A DNA stretch of 64,000 nucleotides. It comes from Amphiscolops sp. MND2022 (taxonomy: Eukaryota). Positions 48,868 through 61,262 of this stretch are shown here, one piece after another. How positions within the stretch are numbered: the stretch's first letter is position 1; each line of letters starts with the position of its first letter. Where the stretch lies: assembly GCA_964187785.1 (NCBI GenBank), contig OZ076409.1:5210001-5274000 (forward strand), in the 5' to 3' direction. Under the pieces are notes generated by a model. It made no database searches, was not told the DNA's origin, and saw only the letters and a program-made list of their open reading frames with translations. The position numbers and the translations under genes are program-made.

Positions 48868-51800
48868 TCAATCAAGCTTGTGCTTTACGTGGCTAGGGTG
48901 TGCTTTGACTGATGCAATCGACACATACACCCTGTCATGGAGAACTATGTCAACGTCTGAGTCAATGAAGTGATCTCTCAACATTGAATACCAAGCTGGT
49001 AGTATGTTGATTGACCTTTCAGGATCATAGATAGGAAGGTGAACTCGGGTAATTTGAGCTTGGGCGAGCTTCTGCACCAGATCTGTCAGGCACAGATGTA
49101 GCACATCATGTAACATGGGATGTTTGTTGGAGGCTCTTGTGAATAGTAGAAACATGTCGTTATTCCATGGCGCATCTGGTGATTTGGCGAGGTGTATGGC
49201 TTTTCCTACGGCTGGTCGTAGTTTGAAAATCTCTTCTTGGCCATATTCCCTGATGACGTAACGCGCCATTGCTGAGTATGATAGAAGATCAGTCGGACAA
49301 CATATCACCACGGTACCACGTGCTTGCAGTATATCGGTTTCATCGTAAGATATCCATGGTAGATAGTTCGGCTTGACTTTCGGGTGCGTTGTCAACAGTT
49401 TTCCCGTGACGGTGCTTTGATTATCTTGACTTGGTTTGAGATGATCTAGAATGGCTTTACGGTCTTGCCACACTGTTCTGCGCAAAGGCCTGTCTCCCAA
49501 ATTCGTGCAAGACCAATCATGAACTACGGAGAGTGCTTCTAGCACGGTCACTGGGTTCTCAAACGTATACGTGTGTTTGTCCAGCAGGCGTATTTTGGCT
49601 TGGCGACAGAAAGTGATAGCTAGTAGCTGTAACCAATGTTGACTAAGGAATTTCCCGCGATAGATATCTGCTAGATGAAAACAAAGTGTGTCCTCGAACT
49701 CTACAAGTGTACGCAAGTTCTCTAAACAAATCAATAGAGTTCCTGGATTCACTGGTGATGTTTCGTCCAAGGAGGTGACCAATAGCCACCACCCAGCCGT
49801 TGGATGATACACATCTCCAGGGGGTGAGGTCACACCGTATTGTTGCCATAGCTTTTGCGCGGTGATGCAGCGTACCATTGCTACTTTCGTGTCTTCTGGC
49901 TCTATTTTTCCAAATATCATCGATGGTGGGAGCGTGGGAATGATAGCGGCCAACGTAAACTCTAATCCGCTCTTGTCGTGCCACGTCCACTCCTTGAACC
50001 GATAGGTGGGACAGTCTGAGGGCGGTGTTCCTTGCATGGCCTTTAGCGTGGTTTCCAATGGTGGGACCACACCTGGTCCAATGCTCGAGTACGTCTTTTC
50101 TATTGAAATTACAACATGATGTACTTGTGGAACATCCTGGTCCTTTGCGTGTATGGACCTGATTGTATGTTGTATATGGTCTTCGAATATCTCGGTGTCG
50201 GCTAAGTCAAGAGCAGGAGCGTCCACTCCCCGGGCCAATCGCTTGTCCGGTGTTCTCACTTCAACTAGGTTGACGCAACTACAGTTGCGGGAACCACAGG
50301 TTCCACACCTGTATCGTGGTGCTCTGTTACGTCGTAGCTGATAAGGTGGGGCTTGTGAAGGGGTTGGTTGCTCCGCTTCTCGTTGCTCTGGCGATATGCT
50401 TTCCGCTATGTTGGGTAATGTCATTACACGTTCCAAAGTTTGAGACTGAGCTCTGGCTCTTACTCGGCCTCTCGCTCGCGTGTAAGGTCTGTGCGCTCTT
50501 GTAAGTGTTCTGCTTGATGAAGTGGTACTTCCTCTTCTACGACCTGGAGGTCTGCCTCTTGGTCTGCCTCTTCTAGTTGCAGTTCTCCCTGATGAGGGTA
50601 ACGTTTCCATGCTTTGACAGGGTTCTTGAATTTCTCTGTCAGTTCCTTCTTGGGGTTCGGCTTCCTCGGCAAGTTCTAGTCCTACCGAGCTACCAGCTCG
50701 AGAACTGAACAGTGGAAAATTACTCAATGTATCGGTTAAAGCCGGGTTCAAAAGCAATGGTGCGGAGGTTCCTGACGGTGAAGGTACCAAGCTTGGTGCT
50801 GGTTCAGGTAAGACTTCCTCTTGATCGGAATACAGCGGTTCTAGGTCATCAATATCAGGATGAACCATTGGTTGCTGTGGTTCTTCAATGGGTTGATCCA
50901 TTGGTTCTCTGTCAGATTCCGACTCAGACGGATATCCAAAGTGACTGAATCGTCTACGTGGGATTCCTCGTTCCAGAGCGGACTGAGTACGTGTCTGAAT
51001 CGTGCGCGGTGGGACAGGCGCGGTTGGTTCCATTTCGAACGATGCCTCCGGCAGTTGTTCTGGAAGAAATGAGTCTCGTGATATATCTGACGTTATCTCT
51101 TCATTGCTTTCTTCCACGTATGGATCTGCGACGATGGCTACATTCTGGTCTAACCCGAAGGGTTGATGTGCTGCCCAATCCCATGGCGCTGGCACATGCT
51201 TCTTCAGACGCTCAAAATGAACCTTTTGACCTGTATCCAAAACGTACAATCTTCCCTCTTGTAACACATCCGTGACCTTGTGAGGTCCACGCCAGGCACG
51301 AAGAAGTTTGCGGGTACCGCCCTTGGGGATTATGTGGCAAAAAACCCAAACGGCATCACCCACGGCGTGAGCTTTTGCCTTCAAATGCCTGTCAAACTTC
51401 TGTTTTTGTCGTATTTGCGCCTGATGAGTGTTTCGGCGAACAAGCTCGTGGATTTCTTGTTGTCTGGCAAGTAGGTGCTCTACAAATTCTTCTTTTGATT
51501 CGAATTCTCGCGCTGCGAATTCTGGGTATATAAACGAGAGCGGAATGGATTTTTCTGCGCCATGTTGGAGCATATACGGGGAAAATCCGGTTGTTGCATG
51601 TCTAGTCGAATTGTAGGCACCCAAGACTCCGTCTATGTGCTCATCCCAGTCAAGCATTCTGCGAGACGTGTAGACTCGGAGCAAGGTCAGTAACGTTCGG
51701 TTCTGGCGTTCCACTAAACCGTTGCCTCTCGGATGAGCTGGAGTAGACGTCACCTTGGTTACTTGCGAGGCTTTCATCAATTCTTGAGCAATTTCGGCAG

Positions 51801-53403
51801 TGAAATTGGTGGCATTGTCCGACTGCATCCTGGCAGGAGTGCCATGTCTCGCGAACCATTTATTCAGGATGATCTTTGCAGTCGTCTGGGCGTCGTATTC
51901 ATCATGTGCACATGGGATTGCCTCTGCAAACTTGGTAAAATGGTCGATGATGACTAGCAATCCATTATTTCCTGACGTTGTCTTGCACAATTTCAAATGG
52001 TCAAATTGCACCAGGTCATTAAAATTGCTGCTGTTGATACTCTGTAGGGGGTAACAGGGATTCCCAGCGGGATGCTTCGTCTGTTGGCATGTTAAGCAAT
52101 GCTTAATATGATTGACGACATCACGCTTGATGCCTGGCCAAGTGTGGCGCTCTTGTATCCTCGCCAATACTTTGCCAACGCCTTGGTGTCCTGATTCATC
52201 ATGCGCTCTGTACAAGATTTCATGCTGGTAGAGCTGGGGCATGACAATCATACACGGTCGTACGTGCATCGCGCGTTGCTGCGGAATGTAATTGACACAT
52301 AAAATTTCATTTTGGTTCAAGAACAGTAGGTCTTTTTTCTGATGAAAGTACCGTTTGGCAAAGTCTTGCACATCCTCGGGGAACAAAGCGTCATCCAATG
52401 GCTCGTTCTTCATGAGCTTCTTCAGCGCTAGAAGATGAACATCCCTGTTTTGAGCTAGATGTAGATCCTTCAATCCACGCATTGTCGACTGATGCTCGTG
52501 AAGCTCAGTCCCAACTAGCCTAAGGACATCAGCTTGTTCTTGACACTGCATTGGCAATCTACGCAACGCTGGGTCGCGTTTGGTGGTGTCGAGACGTGCC
52601 GCTGGCACTTTGGTTGTTACACTAAGGATACAATTTGGTCTGTCGTTTTCGGTTGATGTCGGAGTGTTTTCCCATTGCACCTGTGGATACCACGGTATGG
52701 AGCTCAAAGACTGATCTGAGGTTAGATCCTCCTTTGGTGACTTTTTCAAAATGTACAGCACAGGGAGTTGTGCCCGAGCTTCGGGCGGAAGCTCCGGATG
52801 GTTTCGGATGAATTTTCCGTGTTTGTTAATATATGGCACAGTGGGGAGTTCTTCGTAGTCTTTCTGGGACATGAAGCTGAATCCCTTGCTCACTTCTGGT
52901 AGAGCTTCCACAATCTTCTCCCGATGCACGTAGTCATTGGTCCTTTTGCTAAGACCGTCTGCATTTCGGTGTTGCGTGCGTGGTCTGTGGATCGTCTTGA
53001 AGTGATATTGGTCGAGGCGCGCAATCCAGCGTCCAATCATGGCCTGATCCATTGAATATGTCTTCAGCCACGAGAGAGCCTGGTTGTCCACGCGCAGCGT
53101 GAATTCCCGACCTGCAAGGTAGGAATGAAACTTCTCGATAAAATAGAATACTGCATACATTTCCAGCTTCGGGGCGCCATAATTCATTTGTGTTCGAGTC
53201 AGTGACTTGCTGCCATAAACGATGGGACGAAGAATGGTTTTCCCATTGTATTGTTGTTCTTGGTGCAGTATGCCGGCTATAGCAAGTGCACTGGCATCTG
53301 TGTCCAAAACAAAACGTCCTTCTTCGTTTGGCGCTGCCAAAGCTGTGGCATCGGCTAATGCCTGTTTCACTGAGTCAAACGCTTCTTGATGTTTTTCTTT
53401 CCA
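48868..53403 (-). pseudogene. pol: Polyprotein C-terminal half: RNase H, integrase (HHCC, DDE, GPY/F), disordered linker, putative macrodomain(s)
   Basis: LDTDASA, KLEMYA, VDNQAL and HRNADGLS (RH); HDESGH..CLTC, FDH, QSDN, VER and WRGPHKV (INT); about 770 extra C-terminal aa. In frame with the upstream ORF across one TAG (53406-53404, F*WKEKHQEAF). Confidence 0.93.
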
Positions 53404-56400
53404 CTAGAAGTGTTGGTTCTTCCTTAACAACTCCTGCATAGGTTGCACCTTAGCAGCGTGAAAAGGAATGAAGTCCCGGTAGTAGTTCGCAAATCCGAGG
53501 AAGCTCTGAAGCTCTTCTTTATTTCTCGGGGGCATCCATTCTTTGATTTTGCTAACAGCAGCCGGGTCTGGTTTTATGCCTTCGGCTGAGACTACTCTTC
53601 CGAGGTATTTGGTTTCGGTGCGCATAAAATCACACTTCTCGGCTCGCATCTTGAAACCTGCCTCTCTGAGACATTCGAACACTTCTCTGATCCTCTCCAA
53701 GTGATCTTCAATAGTTTCGGTGGCAATTACTATGTCGTCAATGTATGCCATGACAACACTTCCATGGCGTTGTTGAATCTTCTGAAGAGCTCTGGTGATC
53801 GATCGCTGAAATGTGGCCGATGCATTGCATAGCCCAAAGGGCATGCGCCGCCATTCGAACAGGCCAAGTTCACACGCAAACGCGGTTTTTCTGCGATCAC
53901 GTTTCTTCAGTGGAATCTGCCAAAAGGCCCACGCTAAGTCGATGCTCGTGAATATTTTTGCATTCGCGATCCTTGAAAGACTTTCATCAATCCTGGGCAG
54001 TGGAAACGCGTCTTTCACTGTTACATCGTTCAGCGGGCGGAAGTCACAGCAAAAGCGAAGCTCGCCTGATTTCTTTTTCACCATGACAATCCCACTAGCC
54101 CACGGCGAGTAATAGGGTTGAATCAAACCTAGAGCTAACAAATTCTGCACTTCTTGGTCTGCTTTGGCTGCTTTGTCGGGAGACATGCGCCTTGCCCCTT
54201 CTCTGTGTGGTATAGCCTCCGGCTCTAGCTCTATGCGATGTTTCGCAATTTTGCATCGTCCTATGTCGGATTTATTTTTCATGAACAGGTCATCGTATTC
54301 ACTCAAAACGCTCGCTAATTTGTCTCTCGCCCCTTCCCCCCAAGAAGAAAGGACGGAAGAGAGGTCGGGGCCTGGGATCGGCTTCAGCAATAGTGGATCT
54401 GTCCTTTTGCGTTTTTCATTTTCCGATAGGCCCATTTCTGACGGCTCAGTTGAAGACAAAAAGTTCTGTGCAAAGGAACTAAACTCTGAACTCGTGTCCA
54501 AATCTAAGTCTCTGTGCACTTGATTCACAAATTCGGCTGAAAGCTTCGAAGCTTCACGACTGTCTTGAATGGGAACGGAGTTGAACACAAAATTGGTGAG
54601 CACCGCTTTCCCAACTACGGTTTGTTCCTTGATTCTTACCCCTTCTTTAGCAGTTTGGTTTCTTAGGGCTAAAAAAACTACACCGTCTTCTCCCACGGAA
54701 GTAAGTGTATCTTCTGAATCAAACAATGAGTTGGACCTAATGCTACATGGGTGCACCATTACGTTACGAAAATGAAACTCGTTGGGCTGCTGCGTTATGA
54801 TCTTCGCGCGCACAACTTTTCGTTCGAAAGGCCCTAAAGTAACCTCCTCGGCAGAAACAACGAATGATGGCTCTTGGTCACTGACCTCGTGAACTGCTTT
54901 GAAGATCCTAGGCGTTTCCGGGTCACGGATGGTTATTTTCATGGCAGCCAGGTCCACCAACACGTTGTATGTGCGCAAGAAGTTCCGACCCAGGAGAAAA
55001 TCCTCTGAACCAATGTGATCGGCTATGACTACAAAGTTGGTCTTCAGAGTATGTCCGCCAAGCTGAAAGCTTACGTCTTCGGCTATTCCAACGGTGGTGA
55101 TGGTCTTGCCATTAGCAGCGAAGAGTTCAAGATCGTACGGTGACAGGTTCAGTTCATGCTGGGGTGCAATTTTCTTGTACGCGCTCAATGAGAGGATGGA
55201 GACTCCCGAACCGGTGTCTATCATGCCGAAGAGTGGTATCGGCTTTTGCAAAGTAGTTCCGAATGCGACGACTAGCGAGGCTCGCTCATCAATCTGGGCC
55301 TCTCCTTGTGCATCCTGCACTCCGATGTTATAACAGCGCAGTTCTTGCCTGCCCAAGTACAGTCCCTGCGGGAAGTGTCCTTCCAGGACAACAATCGCGT
55401 CGAATTTCATGTCGACACCATCAACCGTGATTGCAATGGGGACTGGCGCGATTGTTTTGACCTTGTGTAGTTGGGCTAGCTTGGTCTCGTCATCTCTAGT
55501 AAAATGCGGTAAGGGTCTCGAAGCTATCGTGAGACTGGTATTGCGGCAAAGTTCCTCTTTTAGTTGTGCCAACGTGAGGTTTGGACGTGCTTTTTGTTCT
55601 GCTGATAATAGCAAGTGGATAGAAATTAAAGTCTCAGTACAATCAGGTGCTGGGGCTTCAAGCGTCGTCAAGATTTGTTTTTCACCGCAAGTCACAACCA
55701 CAGGACGTGAGGGGCCTCCTTCTTCTGAAGTTGAGATCACCCGTATTTGATCATCAGTATCAATAATGTCCGCGGAATTCGCGAAAGGGGCGTACCACGC
55801 CGCTTTCACTTGTTCTTCTGTTGCTGCATTCCCAGGCACCATGCATTCGGATGCAGTGTTGCCCGTGCAATCAAAAGTGACGCGTAGTGTGGGCGGTGCT
55901 TGTGCTGGTAGTGCCGCGGGCACAACGTCGTTATTCATGCCCTGAGAGTTAGAAGGACAAGACCATTCACAAGCTGGGTTCGTTCGACATGAAGTAACTA
56001 GTTGTTGCACTGATTTGCGTGCGCGATCTTTCAAAGGGCAATCGGCAATGAAATGTGACGGGTCGCCACAATTGAAACACGCTCTAGATGGCTTCGGTGG
56101 TTGCTGTCGAACAGCCACTGGCTGTGGAGGTAGCTGCCAATTAGGCGCTTGAGGCGCCGCTGCCAGTATCGGGTTTTGTTGTCTTGCAAGTAAAGGCTGT
56201 TGCTGTTGCTGAGGCGCTGGATAGTTCTCCGAGCGGATAGGGCCGCGCATGTGCAAGTATTGTTGTACCGTGAACCGTAGTGCTTCCACTGTTGGAGGAG
56301 TATCCACGTACTGTTCTTGTGCGTACATGAGTGCGAGATTTCGCTTCAACTCAAAGCTGCGTACCCCTTCGATGAACCTCTGCATGATTTCGTAGCGCCT

Positions 56401-57927
56401 TACAGTAACTTCTTCGTTAGGAAAACCTTGGCTGCGCAAACCTTCAAGAGCGTCAAGATACTGCATGTGGTCTTCGTCGTCGGACTGATTGCGTGTACGG
56501 AACTGCTGTTGTATTTGGAACTTGCTAGATCCCGTTCCAAATCGACGCGCTAGTAGCGCAATGACTTTTTCATCCGTGTCGCGCTCAGCCTCGGACTTGT
56601 TCGTAATATAGTCTCGTGCCTCATTCTCTAGGAATTCAACGATGGTCCATGCTCTGTCCAGTTGAGTATCCTTTGCGTGTGCTTTCTCCAAATAACGTTT
56701 CATGAGCATTAGCCAACCATCTATTATCCCGTCGCGCGCACCGCGGTATTTCGTTGGTATATTTTTGGCTTCTTTTGCTGCTAGCAATGGTTCCAAACTT
56801 TTGGACATCGCGCTTGTTATTGCTTCGGCTAACGCTTGTCCATGTATGGTGTTCGGTGTATTGCCTTTTGCAGCCTCTTCTACTGTTTCTGGATTCAAAT
56901 TTCTTTGATCGCACTTCGTCCCACTCTGGCACTGAACTACTTCTCTATTGGTGGGTTGCTGAATTGAAGATTCATTAGTGGATGGTACGTTCGCAGGGTT
57001 TAGTGCCACCGGCACAGGTGAAGGACGACTTGGTACCGTCGCCATTACAGCTTTTACACCTAGGGTTAAATCTTGAACTGTAGTCATGAGGTCCACCATG
57101 CGCTTGTCGACATCTATTTCTCTGCGATGCATCGTTTCGGACATGAGCGTCAGTCTTTCATCGGCTTGTTGATCTCTTTGCGCCATTATCGCCGTCATTT
57201 CCGATATGCGCTGTTCAGTTAGACCCTTGACTGATGCCATTGTCGTTTCCATTTTGTCCTGATTGATGCGCCCTTCCGTCTTCATTTCAAGCACTCCTCT
57301 TCTCAGTTCCTCCACTTCTTTCATTAAAACTTCAGCTCGCTGAGCATGGTCACTATTCTCTTGGGATAGTTCTGCCTGGACTTGTTTCAACTGTGCCATG
57401 CTCCGTCCCAAGTCTTCGTTTATGGCTTCAGTTTCCTTGATGCCTCTAGTAATGGTAGAACTTGAAGATGCAACGCTACCTGAGCCTGAATCTTGGGGAG
57501 TTGCCGTGCATTCTAGTCGGAAGGTGCTAAGATCTAGCAGAGGTGGTGTGGTAAAGGTATAGTTCTGGTTCACCTCTTTTGCAGTCTCCCGCCTTCCCAG
57601 CTGGTTTCCTGAAGGAGTACTTGCGGTGTCAGCAACAGCGTTTCTACTAGCAGCAAACACTGGAATTCCGGAACCCAGCGGGTCCACACCCAAACTCACT
57701 TGTGGTGTAATCTCTCCTAAGGCCATGCCTGCATTCTTGTCCTCTACACCTTTGCTGATGTTCGAGCTGGTAGCTTGTTCTCCATTCGAGTTTGGCCAAT
57801 CTCCCCAAGCAATCGCAGAGTTATTCATGGGAGGCCAGACGTTACCACAGTTCATGGCAGTGCCATTTACAAAATTAGCGCTATCCGAAGATGTTCGAGA
57901 GGAGTTTAGTTGGCTGAAATATGCCAT
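53404..57927 (-). pseudogene. gag-pol: Polyprotein N-terminal half: coiled coil, Gag, Zn knuckle, protease region, RT
   Basis: CFNCGDPSHFIADC, MIDTGSG..LLGRNFL, SPWASG, DFRPLN, MPFGL and YIDD; ends at a premature TAG in the RT connection region. Confidence 0.93.
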
Positions 57928-57939
57928 TTGCGAGTTTTG

Positions 57940-58212
57940 CTAGGCATTTGACATGTTATCTGACATGACGTCGTATAAAAACATGTTCGCAATTATGTCA
58001 TCCGCTGCTATCTCAGCACGTGCACTAAGCCCAGACAACTCCTCTACCTCGCTTGCAAATGGATTCGTAACATGGAAGCTACTAGACTGCCTATTCGATT
58101 CATTCAAAGACTTCAGATGCTCAATCTCGCCTGAGTTCATGCTCGATGGACTGCTCGGACTACTGTTTCCTCTGGTAACCCAGCTTTTGAACAGGGCTTT
58201 GGCTTTTCTCAT
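57940..58212 (-). pseudogene. Probable true N-terminus of the polyprotein (90 aa)
   Basis: Same frame as the 57927 ORF (285 nt upstream), separated only by one TAG and 4 codons. Confidence 0.7.
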
Positions 58213-61200
58213 TACTCACTTCTTGCTTCTTTGTGTAAAGTCAAATACAAGGCAAACAAAATTTGGGAGTTTTGACGTACTCCTTCACTATTAAGCAAAT
58301 TAAACTATGGGACCACTACGCTCTGGGGCTTGCAGCTCGCAATTGCCTGCTATGTTCTAAGTCGAATGAAGCTGGCTTACAAACTACAGTCTCCAGATTA
58401 CATGTACTGGTGCTAATCACCACTAATCAGAACAAAAATGTTTGCTACCCCACTAACTGGAGATAGTTATCCTACGAAAGGTTAAAGATGAGTTTTTTTT
58501 AAAATTTTTTTTGAAGTACTTTAGAGGTTACTCACACTAAACTACGCTTTACCCAGCCACAGGCTATGCGGTTGGAATGAATAGAAAGGTTTTGGCACGC
58601 TAACAGAGCTTTATGGAGATTTATTCAAGAAATCTCCGCACTTTATTCTGTGAGCGCACTCTATGTTACTCGCACTGCCCTTTATGAGGAGAGTACAAGT
58701 AGGGTTACTACAAATAGGGAACTCGGGGATAGACCTTGGGGGTGAGTAGGTGCTAGGAGACTAACAAACAAGAGAGTTTTACTAATCTGATGATTACAAG
58801 ATCAATGGAGACACGGTTCTTCACACTTTCAGATGCTACTGTACTTAATGTACTTTGGCGAGACGCAGCGCGTCCTAAGTCTAAGTCTCGTGGGAAACTC
58901 CTAAATGCGTTCTGATTCTTACACTATGCTTCGCATTCGAAGTATGCGTGGCTACAACTGTCAGTTCGCACTTAGGTGACTCTGTTAGGTGACCAGAGGG
59001 TGGCTGTTAACAGAGAAAACACGATTTTGGTGTTTTTCGCTTCTACGTCTCGTTGACAATCTTTCCACGAACCCAAGATCTTAGGGTTGAGCTAGCTCTA
59101 TACTGATTGCCTCAACAAGACGTGCTATGGGTGCCTGGTGTAGAACTAGGGTCGTTGGAGCACTCACTTGCGACTATACCTACGAAAAATACGTAATTTT
59201 TCGCAAAATTTCTCAAAATCAGCAACTTTTTCGCCAATATGCACGCCTGGAACAGGTGGAAATCACTTCTAGAGCTAGTAGCGACCTGAAAATTTAACAC
59301 GGTATACTACTGTGGCCAAATCGTGGGAAAATCACCATCGATTGCGCTAAAATTAATTGCACGTGACTTGGGGTCGTTCAACAATGTTATTGCAAAATTT
59401 TACAATGTTGTGAAATTCACACAAGTCTGTCAAACTCGCCTTCTAGGCTTCCTAGCTACCCGAAATTTTGTATGCGAGCGTGAATTATGCCCACGTAACA
59501 GAAAAATAAGTTAGCAGGGAGCCCAGGTCAATATTCCGGAATCCGAGTCGACAAAACTATGATGTACCCTGTATGTCACTTTCAGGGGTTAAAATTCACA
59601 AAATTGTCAATTTCTCTAAGTTGGGCAGTAGCAAGCTGCTCAAAATGCACAAATCGTCGGGATCGAGTGCCGTATGCACGAAAATGCAAGAATTTTAGTG
59701 CTGGGATACCTGCAAGGTATTGCACTATGCTCAACTAAAATTCAATTTTTTCGACATTTCCATACGGTTTTTGAGCAAAACTGCGGCTAAGATTTCTCAA
59801 TCACTAGTAATGGTAGCGCTACGAAAATTACACCACTAACGTAACTTTTTGCGGTCTACACGATGGTGCAATCCGTTTTGGGCTACTCCTGCTAGGAGAG
59901 ATTTCGACCTGTCTTGGGTACACTACTCCAGTGTTCCGAAAATGTCGCAAAAATAACACGTTTTTGGCTATTTCTCGGCAACTACTGGTTGGAATCACTC
60001 GCGGTTTTCTGCGTTTGCAACGTTATGCTTTATACTAACAGAAAATAGGCAAGCGAAACCTGGCAGGTTCCAAATAAGGTCTCTCAAAATAAACTTCAAG
60101 TTACACCTTTGACACTCTGGGAACAATGTGAAAAGTACGTATTTTCCCTAGGAACTTTTTATTTCTTGGTTCCCAGATGTTCGGGATAGTTCTAAACGTA
60201 ACGTAATAAGGTGTAATAACTTTATTCACGGGACTGGGGTTGTTTCAATTATTAGTTTTGATGTTATAACTCTCAGGTCTATGGGGTCCTCTAGTCAGGT
60301 CTATGTATAACAAAAGAAAGTAAAGGGTTAAACTATCAATTTATATTGGGGAAGGGTGAAAAACGTCTTGGCAGTAGTGTTTTGTACCACCAAGCTCGGG
60401 AACAATGTTTTTGAGCAGCTCTGAAAGCTTTGGAACAAACGCTCAAGGCTTCGCCCTCACCACATTTGGTCTGTTAGGCCAATTTTGGGTCTTCACAAAC
60501 AAAAATCGCTAATTTTTTGTTTTCAAGTAAATTAGCGGGTTAAAAAATTTTGTTCCTAGCCTGATAGGTCTAGTGGAACGTTTTTATTGTATTCCCACTG
60601 GCCGTACTCTTTTCTACAAAATTTCGACTTTCAAAATCTGTAAAATCACTATTTGAGCCTTATTTTACATTATTTTTCAGGTTTTCGCGCTCAAATTCTC
60701 AATCAACTGGTTCAAACACCCTCAGGGTATTCTTTCCAGTTAATTTTAGTTGGAATAGGCCTGGGAATATGCTTTTTGGGCTTCTAAACTAAGAAAATAA
60801 GGAATTTCACCCGATTGTCGTGGGTATACTGCAATCACGGGGGTGACGGAGGTGCGATGACGCAGGGGTTCACCTACTGTCGTCAGCTAGCTGGGGCCTT
60901 CAGTGCTCGTCCTCCTGGTCCCCATACATTGCAATTAAGCTGAAACAAGGCTAGAAGACCCTTTAAAACACAATCCGGTGAAGCCGGATGGTTAATTTCG
61001 ACAATCAGAAACGGTATGGAAACGGTACTCTGTAATCACACGGTTATTTCTCATTCCAGACCCCGGAAACATGCAGGAAACACAGGAAAAACACTAGTAC
61101 AAGGCCCACAGGGCTAGCATAAGGCAATAAAAACAATCTAGGACTCACCAGAAGAATTTCCTAGATCCGAACCTAGCAGGGCCGGAAAGCAGGAAAAACT

Positions 61201-61228
61201 CCAATTATGGCGAAAAGATGGAAAAAAT

Positions 61229-61246
61229 GTCCCTTGTGGGGCGCCA
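61229..61246 (-). promoter_or_regulatory. Primer-binding site (tRNA-Lys-like), 16 nt from the LTR
   Basis: TGGCGCCCCACAAGGGAC resembles the TGGCGCCC...GGGAC Lys-type PBS. Confidence 0.6.
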
Positions 61247-61262
61247 TAAAAACTATCCTAGA

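Noticed and set aside
53404..53406. Programmed gag-pol readthrough or TAG reassignment
   Set aside because: The stop lies inside the RT connection region, not at a gag/pol border; a sporadic nonsense mutation is simpler and nothing else in the window requires an altered code.
53813..58294. Antisense ORFs within the Gypsy polyprotein
   Set aside because: Short shadow ORFs expected opposite a long coding frame.
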